Origin: a virus
Lineage: Duplodnaviria > Caudoviricetes
DNA length: 37,253 bases
Direction: 5' to 3' (one strand)
Virus record (IMG/VR): IMGVR_UViG_3300030207_000942
Location: 1 to 37,253 of that record
Shown here piece by piece: positions 1-8,179 of this stretch. A model generated the notes under the pieces. It saw nothing but the letters and a program-made list of their open reading frames with translations, was not told the origin of the DNA and searched no databases. Each line of letters begins with the position of its first letter. Positions within the stretch are counted from its first letter, which is position 1. Both the position numbers and the translations under genes were made by a program.

Positions 1-1
1 T

Positions 2-99
2 GCATCTTTGGGACTATATCCTAGCTCAATATATAACTCAGCTCGGTCTTCTAAAAACTTCTCGTTGTGTTCGTTCATCTCTCCCTCCCTAAATATTTA
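2..99. repeat. Terminal direct repeat (98 nt, identical to 37156-37253); assembly circularisation overlap
   Basis: Exact match between both ends. Base 1 (T) differs from 37155 (G). The repeat lies within coding sequence. Confidence 0.95.
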
Positions 100-470
100 A
101 TCCCCTCAATAAGAATCTCTGGATTATCTTTTGCTCTTCCAAGCATCGCATTACAATCATTGCATAACAACTTTCCAACCTTACCAGTCTTATGGCAGTG
201 GTCTATATTTAATGACTGTTGATTCGTGCCTCTGTTTTTATGTTTAAGATTTAGCTCTTCCTGCGTGATGCCACAAATGTGACACCACGGTTCTTCCCAT
301 AATTTGTCATACTGCTCTAATGTAAGATTGTATCTTTTTGCTGTAATCAAACGATTATGTTCTTTGACTTTGTCACGACCCTTCGCTGTTTTGCGATAAG
401 CCATGCGATATTTGGTATTGTAATCTTTCCTGTCAGTGTAATAAAAATCCCATTTCTCAGAATACTTCAT
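75..470 (-). CDS. Recombination endonuclease VII domain protein (His-Me finger)
   Basis: CHICG...LNIDHCHKTGKVGKLLCNDCNAMLG...DNPEIL motif. Confidence 0.9.
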   Translation of the reverse strand: MKYSEKWDFYYTDRKDYNTKYRMAYRKTAKGRDKVKEHNRLITAKRYNLTLEQYDKLWEEPWCHICGITQEELNLKHKNRGTNQQSLNIDHCHKTGKVGKLLCNDCNAMLGRAKDNPEILIEGIKYLGRER

Positions 471-667
471 TATACTGACCTCAATCTACTAATCTTTGCA
501 TCAAGTTGCCTATTTACTTCTTCGTAAATAGCTAGCCTCAATGTCTCTAATGTAGCATCGTCTAAATGCTCACCTTGTATATTGAAAAAATCTGTAACTA
601 GACCATCATCATTATATGTTCTAGCATAGATGTTTACATCAAAAACTATTTTAGGTTTATCGCTCAT
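470..667 (-). CDS. Hypothetical protein (65 aa)
   Basis: GGAGG RBS; overlaps or abuts both neighbours. Confidence 0.75.
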   Translation of the reverse strand: MSDKPKIVFDVNIYARTYNDDGLVTDFFNIQGEHLDDATLETLRLAIYEEVNRQLDAKISRLRSV

Positions 668-857
668 TTAACACCTCCTGTATATGATTAGCTATAAATT
701 CTTTAGCCTCGACAAAAGTGCCATCAGCTTCCCAATTGTCCTTGGTAAATTTAAGCTTAGCTAAATATAAAATTGTAGCTCTTTGGTAAATAGTTAACAT
801 GTTGCCACCCGCGCTGTAGTCCAACATGCATCTAAGTTCTGTGTGATACTTTGACAT
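657..857 (-). CDS. Hypothetical protein (66 aa)
   Basis: GGAGG RBS upstream of ATG 857; first gene after the leftward promoter. Confidence 0.75.
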   Translation of the reverse strand: MSKYHTELRCMLDYSAGGNMLTIYQRATILYLAKLKFTKDNWEADGTFVEAKEFIANHIQEVLNER

Positions 858-878
858 ATTTACAACCTCCATACAGAA

Positions 879-941
879 AGTATATCTGAACTAAAGTTAA
901 TATCAAATATATAGACAAAGTATCTTAACTTATGTTAATAT
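879..941. promoter_or_regulatory. Divergent sigma70-type promoter pair with two operators
   Basis: - strand TTGATA-N16-TATACT (906-879). + strand TAGACA-N18-TAATAT with extended TG (912-941). Operators at 887-900 and 925-938. Confidence 0.65.
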
Positions 942-1006
942 ATGATATGCATAAGAATCATCATATACAACGTTTGCATAAAATCTTAAAAAGGAGGATT
1001 ACAATT

Positions 1007-1471
1007 ATGTCAGAAACCGTGGAAGGAACTACAGACCATGTCACTATCGACACACAAATAGGCAGTTTTGTAGATATGGCTAGCAAGCTCAGTAACCACT
1101 ATCGTATTGATAATACTAATTTGCTTACTGATGACTTTGAAGCTTTTTGCGAGGCTTTTCATAAATTGACTAAGGCTATATACAATCAAGACCAATGGTC
1201 AGCACTCGCCAAGATTGACCACCTTTCCAAAGTGCATGACACTTTAAATGACGGCCTTTCTAGTGTGAAGAATAATCTGCGACACTTAATGAACGGTATC
1301 AACAGATTAACAGAATCTGAAGATAAGTTAGACAGATTCAGAGACACTCTCTTTGAACTCATGGAAGACCACATGGATAGTGTTGTAAGAGACAATGCAC
1401 GAGAAGACATGAGAGAGATAGCGCAAGAAGAAATAGATGATGCTATCGGTCAACTCTATGTCACTAGATAG
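1007..1471 (+). CDS. Hypothetical helical/coiled-coil protein (154 aa)
   Basis: Strong AAGGAGG RBS before ATG 1007; isolated monocistronic gene. Confidence 0.8.
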   Translation: MSETVEGTTDHVTIDTQIGSFVDMASKLSNHYRIDNTNLLTDDFEAFCEAFHKLTKAIYNQDQWSALAKIDHLSKVHDTLNDGLSSVKNNLRHLMNGINRLTESEDKLDRFRDTLFELMEDHMDSVVRDNAREDMREIAQEEIDDAIGQLYVTR

Positions 1472-1476
1472 AACTA

Positions 1477-1507
1477 CCAGTTTGTCACTTCTGGCTAAAA
1501 AGTGACA
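1477..1507 (+). terminator. Hairpin or possible pseudoknot 3' of the 1007-1471 gene
   Basis: TGTCACTT (1483-1490) pairs with AAGTGACA (1500-1507); loop CTGG is complementary to CCAG (1477-1480). Confidence 0.45.
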
Positions 1508-1529
1508 TCACTTTCCTACATTAAGATAC

Positions 1530-1925
1530 TGAGCATGACAAGCAAGTCCTAACTAAAGTTGATCTTAACCAAAGTTAATAACCAAGAGTTACCAAGGCCT
1601 ATGCGAGGGCTGTTGTTTAAACTTGTTTCTATCGTTAGCATGAGACCGCGCGGGCTACCTTCTTGATGAGCATGAGTATGGCTTTGCTTAGCATGACAGT
1701 TACCATGAGCATGAGTGTATGCATGAGGAGTATCACCTCCGTACGTACGCGGAAGCTGACACGCTGTAAAAAATCTTCTAGGAAACGTAGGCGAATGGTC
1801 CTCCGCCCACACACATACGTTAGCAAAAAAAACAAGCCATGTCAAACCAGACCCCCTGCCCCCCCAAACGGCGCGCAGTTGTATAGTATAATGCATTCTT
1901 CCGCGCAGCGGGGGAAAAAAAAGGA
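1530..1925. other. Long non-coding region upstream of terS; candidate genome-end/packaging region
   Basis: GCATGA repeats, C/G/A homopolymer runs, locally high GC, no credible ORF. Confidence 0.55.
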
Positions 1926-1928
1926 ACT

Positions 1929-1967
1929 TAACCTATAGTTGACCGACTAAAAACTATAGGTTAGACT
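1929..1967 (+). promoter_or_regulatory. terS promoter overlapped by a 12-bp inverted repeat
   Basis: TTGACC(1939)-N17-TAGACT(1962); TAACCTATAGTT (1929-1940) / AACTATAGGTTA (1952-1963). Confidence 0.65.
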
Positions 1968-1976
1968 ACTTTAATA

Positions 1977-2381
1977 ATGAGTAGAAGCCTTACAGAGCAA
2001 CAAAAAGCGTTTATTCAGCACTTTAGTAGAACAGGTAATGCTACACAGTCCGCAATTAAGAGCGGATATAGCCCTAAAACTGCAGAACAGCAGGGATATG
2101 AACTCAAAAACAAACTAGCTGTAGAGATAGAAGCAGAAACTAGGAAGTTATTATCTAGCGCTGTGCCTATGGCAGTTGATAAATTAACAAAACTAGCAGA
2201 AGATGATAGAACAGCGCCGAATGTTAGATTAGGTGCTATTAAAGATATTTTAGATAGGGCAGGTTACCAGGCAGTACACAAAGTAGAAGATGTAACTGGC
2301 AAAAAGTCAGACCAAGAATTAGAGGCAGAACTAAAACACCTTTTATCTGGGCTGATGGTAGGTACTGGTAATATTAACTAA
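1977..2381 (+). CDS. terS: Terminase small subunit
   Basis: LTEQQKAFIQHF..TGNATQSAIKSGYSPKTA N-terminal HTH motif; directly upstream of terL. Confidence 0.92.
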   Translation: MSRSLTEQQKAFIQHFSRTGNATQSAIKSGYSPKTAEQQGYELKNKLAVEIEAETRKLLSSAVPMAVDKLTKLAEDDRTAPNVRLGAIKDILDRAGYQAVHKVEDVTGKKSDQELEAELKHLLSGLMVGTGNIN

Positions 2382-2386
2382 AGTTA

Positions 2387-3805
2387 ATGAATGATAATTT
2401 AGAAAGAGCAGTAGAAATAGCTAAGGAATTAGAACGTAGAAAAACTGTAAATAGACTAAACCATTATAAACCGTATAAATATCAAACTAAATTTCACAAT
2501 ACTGTAGCATCACAGCGATTACTTATGGCTGGTAACAGAATAGGTAAATCTTTTTGTGGCGCAATGGAAATGGCATATCATTTGACTGGCAAATACCCAG
2601 AGTGGTGGCAAGGTCGCAAGTTTGACAAGCCTATTAGAGCGTGGGCAGGTGGGTCATCTAATGAAACAACTAGAGATATATGTCAAAAAGAGCTTGTAGG
2701 ACAACCTGATGACCCCTCAGCAAAAGGAACAGGTAGCATACCACTAGACGACATAGGAGAAACTACAAGAAAACCAGGTGTACCAAACGCTATGAACAGC
2801 TTAGTCATTAAGCACGTCAGTGGTGGGTGGTCAAGACTTGCATTCAAAGCATATGAAATGGGTAAAGAAAAATGGATGGGTGAAGCTGTAGATGTGGTAT
2901 GGCTAGACGAAGAGCCACCAGGGCCTATATATAGCCAGGCACTAACTAGAACTGCGGACAGAGGTGGCATGGTATTTATGACATTTACACCAGAAAATGG
3001 TATGACAGAAACAGTTGCGCAGTTTGTAAACAATCTAAAACCTGGTCAAGCACTACAACAAGCAGGGTGGGATGATGCACCACACATGACAAAAGAAGTA
3101 AGAGAACAAATACTATCTGCATTACCGCCGCATGAAAGAAAAATGAGAGAGCAAGGCATACCACAACTAGGTTCTGGTCTTGTATTTCCTGTAGCAGAAG
3201 AAGACATTGTCACAGAACCTTTAGATATTCCACCACACTGGCCTAGAATATGCGGGTTAGACTTTGGTTGGAATCACCCAACAGCTGCAGTGTGGATTGC
3301 ATGGGATAGAGATAGCGACATAGTGTACGTGTATGATACATATGCTATGCGACAAGAAGCAGTGCCAATGCATGCAAGCGCATTAAAAGCGAGAGGCAAC
3401 TGGATTCCTGTAATTTGGCCTATGGACGGCAGACAAGCTGACAAAGGTTCTGGTAAATCACTTACTGAGCAATACAGAGCTGAGGGTGCAAACATGACGC
3501 GTGACCATTTTACAAATCCACCACCTGCAGGACAAAAGGATGGCACAGGTGGTATTTCTGTTGAGGCAGGAATTATGGAAATGTATACGCGTATGCAAAC
3601 AAAACGATTGAAAATATTTAAAAATCAAGATAAACTTTTACAAGAATTGCGAATGTACCATAGAAAGGATGGTAAGATTGTTGCAATCAATGACGATGTA
3701 ATTTCTGCTATGCGTTATGCAGTTATGTCATTGCGAAAAGCAAGAGTCAAAGATTACCAACCAACGTATGTTCAAGCAGACACGGAGTTTAATGTTTTCG
3801 CGTGA
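2387..3805 (+). CDS. terL: Terminase large subunit
   Basis: Walker A AGNRIGKS, Walker B VWLDEE, TFTP coupling motif, nuclease GLDFG..HPTA and DDVISAMRYA. Confidence 0.97.
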   Translation: MNDNLERAVEIAKELERRKTVNRLNHYKPYKYQTKFHNTVASQRLLMAGNRIGKSFCGAMEMAYHLTGKYPEWWQGRKFDKPIRAWAGGSSNETTRDICQKELVGQPDDPSAKGTGSIPLDDIGETTRKPGVPNAMNSLVIKHVSGGWSRLAFKAYEMGKEKWMGEAVDVVWLDEEPPGPIYSQALTRTADRGGMVFMTFTPENGMTETVAQFVNNLKPGQALQQAGWDDAPHMTKEVREQILSALPPHERKMREQGIPQLGSGLVFPVAEEDIVTEPLDIPPHWPRICGLDFGWNHPTAAVWIAWDRDSDIVYVYDTYAMRQEAVPMHASALKARGNWIPVIWPMDGRQADKGSGKSLTEQYRAEGANMTRDHFTNPPPAGQKDGTGGISVEAGIMEMYTRMQTKRLKIFKNQDKLLQELRMYHRKDGKIVAINDDVISAMRYAVMSLRKARVKDYQPTYVQADTEFNVFA

Positions 3806-4071
3806 GGAAAGAACACAAAAGCAAAAAGGGAGGTCTTACTAAAGCTGGTCGTGCCTACTTTAAACGTAAAGAAGGAGCTAATCTAAAACCACCAGTAAGT
3901 AAAGGTAAGAACCCTAGACGTGTTAGTTTCGCAGCGAGGTTTGCTGGTATGAAAGGACCTATGAAAGACAAAAAAGGTCGCCCTACTAGAAAAGCTATGG
4001 CATTAAAAAGATGGGGATTTGGAAGTGTAGCGGCAGCACGAAATTTTGCACGCAGAAATAAAAAGTCTTAG
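3802..4071 (+). CDS. Small, very basic protein (DUF6321-like)
   Basis: GGLTKAGRAYF...NLKPP...RRVSFAARF.GM.GPM....GRPTRKA.AL..W; GTG start overlaps terL stop. Confidence 0.75.
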   Translation: MRKEHKSKKGGLTKAGRAYFKRKEGANLKPPVSKGKNPRRVSFAARFAGMKGPMKDKKGRPTRKAMALKRWGFGSVAAARNFARRNKKS

Positions 4072-4083
4072 GAGGACAAAATT

Positions 4084-4254
4084 ATGCCAGGACATTATGG
4101 TAAAAAGAAAGGCGGTATGAAAAAAGGTGGTGCTAAAAAAGGTGGCGCTAAAAAAGGTACTGCAAAACTAGCAGCTATGTACGGAAATAAAAAAAAAGTA
4201 ACAAGGGGTGATATTATTGCTGCAGCCAAAAAGAATAAAAGAGGTAAAGCTTAA
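4084..4254 (+). CDS. Lys/Gly-rich basic peptide (56 aa; below ORF-track cutoff)
   Basis: AGGAGG RBS; MPGHYGKKKGGMKKGGAKKGGAKKGTAKLAAMYGNKKKVTRGDIIAAAKKNKRGKA. Confidence 0.85.
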   Translation: MPGHYGKKKGGMKKGGAKKGGAKKGTAKLAAMYGNKKKVTRGDIIAAAKKNKRGKA

Positions 4255-4409
4255 TGGCTAAAAGAGGATTGTACGCAAACATTCATGCAAAAAGAAAAAG
4301 GATAAAAGCAGGTAGTGGCGAAAAAATGAGAAAGCCTGGAACTAAAGGCGCACCAACAGCAGCTAATTTCAAACGTGCTGCTAAAACTGCTAAGAAAAGA
4401 AAAAAATAA
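4254..4409 (+). CDS. Lys/Arg-rich basic peptide (51 aa; below ORF-track cutoff)
   Basis: TAATG coupling at both ends; MAKRGLYANIHAKRKRIKAGSGEKMRKPGTKGAPTAANFKRAAKTAKKRKK. Confidence 0.85.
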   Translation: MAKRGLYANIHAKRKRIKAGSGEKMRKPGTKGAPTAANFKRAAKTAKKRKK

Positions 4410-4705
4410 TGGGTAGAGCAGCAAAATCAATTTTTTCCGCACCAGTAAAATTAATTAAATCAGCTATTAAACTGCCTAAAAAAATAATATCTACAGGCAT
4501 GGGTCTTGTAGGTGGAAAAAGAAAAAAACAATCTCAGTCAAGAGCAGAGGCTATGCAAACTGTATCACAAGCAGCAGGACCTATTTTAGGTTCTAGAACT
4601 CGTGCATTGCCTTCACAAAACCTAGCAGGTTCGCAAACTGTAATGACATCTGCGTTAGGAGTTTTAGAAGAAGCTAGAACAAGAAGGTCTACGTTAGGAG
4701 GATGA
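4409..4705 (+). CDS. Basic small protein, putative virion/ejection protein
   Basis: Translationally coupled; C-terminal MTS.LGV.EE......TLGG motif. Confidence 0.7.
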   Translation: MGRAAKSIFSAPVKLIKSAIKLPKKIISTGMGLVGGKRKKQSQSRAEAMQTVSQAAGPILGSRTRALPSQNLAGSQTVMTSALGVLEEARTRRSTLGG

Positions 4706-5115
4706 ACATAGTTATTGACTCAAACAGTATACAAGAGTTTGCTGATTGGATAAAACCTAGGGCGGATGTACACATAAATGATATAGCTAATAGTTCATAT
4801 ATTGGTTTTGTAGAAAAAGATAAAATCATAGGTGCTGTATTATTTACAAATTATGATGGAAATAATATTTATATACATGTTGCATTTGATACACCTAGAT
4901 GTGTAAATAAAAAAACTATTAAATTAATGTTTGACTATATATTTAATCAAATAAAATGTAAAAGAGCTACTGCACAATGCGATGATACAAATGCAAGAAT
5001 TAAAAAATTAGTAGAAGGTGTAGGCTTTACAAGAGAAGGCACTATGCGCAACATGGCAGGCAAAAATAATTTAGCTGTATATGGCATGTTAAGAGAGGAA
5101 TGTAAATGGGTATAG
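4702..5115 (+). CDS. GNAT-family acetyltransferase (RimJ/RimL-like)
   Basis: MFDYIFNQIKCKRATA....N....KLVEGVGFTREG.MR...VYGMLREEC. Confidence 0.85.
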   Translation: MNIVIDSNSIQEFADWIKPRADVHINDIANSSYIGFVEKDKIIGAVLFTNYDGNNIYIHVAFDTPRCVNKKTIKLMFDYIFNQIKCKRATAQCDDTNARIKKLVEGVGFTREGTMRNMAGKNNLAVYGMLREECKWV

Positions 5116-5330
5116 TTAAAGATATATTATTTCCAAAACAACCAAAACAAGACAACTCTATTTTAATAGAACAACAAAAACGTGCAGACGCGCAGGAGCA
5201 ACGACTCAAAGATGAACAAGCAAAAATACGAAGACTAGGCCAAACAGGTCGTACTTCATTAATTATGACAAGCGGCATGGGTGTAGAAGACGAGCCTACA
5301 GTTATGAGTAGAAAGCTGGGAAGTGCATAA
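5106..5330 (+). CDS. Small pre-portal protein, putative virion/ejection protein
   Basis: Position before portal; GRTSLIMTSGMGV...KLG tail. Confidence 0.7.
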   Translation: MGIVKDILFPKQPKQDNSILIEQQKRADAQEQRLKDEQAKIRRLGQTGRTSLIMTSGMGVEDEPTVMSRKLGSA

Positions 5331-6979
5331 TGGAAAAATATGAATATATTAAAAAGCGATTAAATGCAATGCAAGGCGACAGACAAATGTGGGAAGACCA
5401 CTGGCAAGAAATATTAGATTATGTAATGCCACGTAAAGCTGACGTTACAACACATAGAGCAAAAGGTGAAAAAAGAACTGAAGTATTGTTTGACTCAACA
5501 GCTATAACTGCAAGTAGTTTGTTAGCTGCAAGTTTGCAGGGTACATTAACATCGCCATCTCTTCGCTGGTTTCATATAAAACTTAGAAATGAAGAATTAA
5601 ATATGGACAGAGAAGTACAGTTATGGTTAGAAGATGCATCACAAAGAATGTATAACTTGTTTAATGGAACAAATTTTAACAGCGAAGTACACGAACTATA
5701 TCTTGATTTAGTTACTATAGGAACTGGTTGTCTTTTTGTAGAAGAAGGCAATAAAGGTTTTGATATAGATTTAATTAATTTTAGAAGCATGCATTGCGCT
5801 GAATATTATATACAAGAAAATATAAATGGCGTAGTAGATACTTTATATAGAAAATATAAACTTACAGCAAGACAGGCTATCCAAGAATTTGGTGAAGACA
5901 ATGTAGGCGAAAAAATTATAGAAGCAGCACAAAACAAACCAGATAAAAATTTTAATTTTATACATGCTGTAGAACCAACAGAAGATTATGAAAGAAGTAT
6001 GGGCAAATCTGCTACGAAACTACCTTTTCATTCATGTCATGTATGTGTAGAAGACAAAATGGTAGTCAGAGCAAGTGGATATATAGAGTTTCCTTATCTT
6101 GTACCACGCTGGTCAAAAGCAACAGGAGAAATATTTGGACGTTCGCCATCATATAATGCTTTACCTGACATAAAAACATTAAACAAAGCTGTTGAAATAG
6201 GATTAAAAGCATGGGCAAAAGCAATAGACCCGCCTTTATTAGTCCAAGATGATGGCGTAATAGGTAAAGTAAGAATGACACCAGGTGGTATAACTGTTAT
6301 TAGAAACGATTCAGCAGTGCAACCTTTTCAGGGTGGAGCTAATTTGCAGCTTACAGATATGAAAGAAAACTCTTTGCGTACTGCTATAAGACAGGCTTAT
6401 TACTCAGACCAGTTACAATTGCAAGACGGGCCGCAAATGACAGCAACAGAAGTACAAGTTAGATATGAACTTATGCAAAGACTTCTTGGTCCTACACTAG
6501 GTAGATTTCAGTCTGAATTTTTACAACCTCTTATAGAAAGAGTTTTTGGACTTATGCTTAGAAATCGAGCATTTTTACCAGCACCAGAAATAATAGCTAA
6601 TCAAGCCATTGACGTTGAATTTGTAGGTCCTTTAGCAAGGTCACAACGTATGGAAGAAGCTGTTGCGGTAGAGAGACTGTATCAACTAGCAATGAATGTA
6701 GCACAAGTAAGTCCAGATGTCATGGATATAATAGACCACGATGAAGCACTTAGACAAAGAGCAAAATTATTAGGTGTGCCAGACAGTGTATTAAGAGGTA
6801 GAAACGAAGTTGCACAAGGAAGAGAAATGAGAGCAATGCAGCAGCAACAACAACAACAAATGATGGCAGAACAAATGGAAGCAGAGACACTACAAAAACA
6901 AGCACAAGCAACAAAAGAAGCTGTTGACCCTAGGGTATCAGCAGAAATACAAGATGTATTGGCAGAGGTTACAGGATGA
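5330..6979 (+). CDS. Portal (head-tail connector), T7 gp8/BPP-1 type
   Basis: FDSTA...LAASL, PYLVPRW....GEIFGRSP...ALPDIKTLN, MTATEV..R..L....LGP...R.QSEFL.PLIER. Confidence 0.96.
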   Translation: MEKYEYIKKRLNAMQGDRQMWEDHWQEILDYVMPRKADVTTHRAKGEKRTEVLFDSTAITASSLLAASLQGTLTSPSLRWFHIKLRNEELNMDREVQLWLEDASQRMYNLFNGTNFNSEVHELYLDLVTIGTGCLFVEEGNKGFDIDLINFRSMHCAEYYIQENINGVVDTLYRKYKLTARQAIQEFGEDNVGEKIIEAAQNKPDKNFNFIHAVEPTEDYERSMGKSATKLPFHSCHVCVEDKMVVRASGYIEFPYLVPRWSKATGEIFGRSPSYNALPDIKTLNKAVEIGLKAWAKAIDPPLLVQDDGVIGKVRMTPGGITVIRNDSAVQPFQGGANLQLTDMKENSLRTAIRQAYYSDQLQLQDGPQMTATEVQVRYELMQRLLGPTLGRFQSEFLQPLIERVFGLMLRNRAFLPAPEIIANQAIDVEFVGPLARSQRMEEAVAVERLYQLAMNVAQVSPDVMDIIDHDEALRQRAKLLGVPDSVLRGRNEVAQGREMRAMQQQQQQQMMAEQMEAETLQKQAQATKEAVDPRVSAEIQDVLAEVTG

Positions 6980-7215
6980 TAGATAACGAAGACGTTAATG
7001 ACCAATTAGGTAAAGAATACAAATTGTTAAAAGGCGATTACGCAACAACTTTTAGCACAAAAGAAGGTATGCGAGTATTAGAAGACCTCAAACATGCATA
7101 CTATCACAGAATATCTTTTAGTAGAGACCCTTATGCAACTGCTTACAACGAAGGTATGAGAGCAGTTATTATAAGAATAATCAACCTAATTTCTAAGGAG
7201 GAAAATAATGGCTGA
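6976..7215 (+). CDS. Small post-portal protein (Bbp19-like)
   Basis: YATTFSTKEGMRVLEDL...DPYATAYNEG.R.VI..I. Confidence 0.75.
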   Translation: MIDNEDVNDQLGKEYKLLKGDYATTFSTKEGMRVLEDLKHAYYHRISFSRDPYATAYNEGMRAVIIRIINLISKEENNG

Positions 7216-8044
7216 AGAAACAATGACCACCGAGTCAACAGATAGCCCAGAAACAGAGCAAAACTCAGGTTCAGTTTTAGGGTCTGATAGTGTAGGTGAC
7301 AATCAAGATTGGAGGAATACTTTACCTGAAGATTTAAAGAATGACCCTACTCTACAAAATTACAAAGACGTTGCATCACTTGCAAAAACTGTTGTGCATC
7401 AACAACAAATGATAGGTAATAGAATACCTTTGCCTAAAACAGAAGAAGAAAAAGCAGAGCTGTATGGCAAGTTAGGCCGACCAGATGCACCAGAAAAATA
7501 TGAAGTTAATGTAGGACAAGATTATGAACAATATTTTAACGAATCTGCATTAAATGAGTTCAAAAATGTTGCACATAAAATTGGTTTAAACAACGACCAG
7601 GTATCTGCTCTTATAGATTTTCAAAAAAGTCAGGTAGATTATGAATTGCAAAATCAACCAGGAATGTTAGAAAGTCAGAGAAAAGAAACAGAACAAAGTC
7701 TAAAACAGGAATGGGGTTTTGACTATGACAAAAATGTCAGGGCAGCACAAAGAGCGCTAGATGTTTATGGAGACGAAGATTTAAAACAACTCATGAACAC
7801 AGAAGTAGGTAATAACCCTGCAATAATTAAACTGTTTCACAGATTAGGCCAGGAAGTAACAGAAGATATGGCACAAAACACACAAAATAATAAACTTACT
7901 ATATCTCCTGTAGATGCAAAACAAGAGATAAGTGCAATAATGCAAAATCCAAAACATCCTTATTTTGATTCTAGACATAGAGAACATAAAGATGCTGTAG
8001 AAAAAATGAGACAATTGCACGAAAAAGCATTTGGCACAGAATAA
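7208..8044 (+). CDS. Capsid scaffolding/assembly protein
   Basis: Acidic; DWRNTLPEDLK, KLGRPDAPEKY, LKQEWG.DYD, GNNPAIIKLF, HPYFD..H.EH..AV; between portal and capsid. Confidence 0.85.
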   Translation: MAEETMTTESTDSPETEQNSGSVLGSDSVGDNQDWRNTLPEDLKNDPTLQNYKDVASLAKTVVHQQQMIGNRIPLPKTEEEKAELYGKLGRPDAPEKYEVNVGQDYEQYFNESALNEFKNVAHKIGLNNDQVSALIDFQKSQVDYELQNQPGMLESQRKETEQSLKQEWGFDYDKNVRAAQRALDVYGDEDLKQLMNTEVGNNPAIIKLFHRLGQEVTEDMAQNTQNNKLTISPVDAKQEISAIMQNPKHPYFDSRHREHKDAVEKMRQLHEKAFGTE

Positions 8045-8059
8045 GTTTTAGTTTATAAT
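8031..8059 (+). promoter_or_regulatory. sigma70 promoter for the capsid operon
   Basis: TTGGCA-N17-TATAAT. Confidence 0.7.
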
Positions 8060-8071
8060 TTTTGTACCAGT

Positions 8072-8144
8072 TCGCCCAGTAGGATAACGATATGGTAGCC
8101 GTATGTGGCTATAAACCATAGGTTTCCCTTTTTGGATAAAAACC
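8072..8144 (+). promoter_or_regulatory. Structured 5' leader of the capsid gene (three ATAA-bulged hairpins)
   Basis: Hairpins at 8072-8090, 8091-8120 and 8121-8144. Confidence 0.65.
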
Positions 8145-8179
8145 GAGAGACTAAAAATTATTTTATGGAGGACTGAATT

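Noticed and set aside
1-99. End repeat as a biological terminal repeat
   Set aside because: It lies within coding sequence and its 98-nt length fits a k-mer overlap. It indicates circular assembly rather than virion ends.
1549-1938. ORFs 1549-1896 (-), 1635-1835 (-) and 1663-1938 (+)
   Set aside because: Low-complexity translations of the GCATGA repeats and homopolymer runs, with no recognisable motifs.
925-2387. CtrA boxes
   Set aside because: CtrA sites are TTAA-N7-TTAA. These sites are TTAA-N6-TTAA.
6838-6865. Poly-Gln tract in the portal C-terminus
   Set aside because: Gln-rich tails are usual in this portal family.
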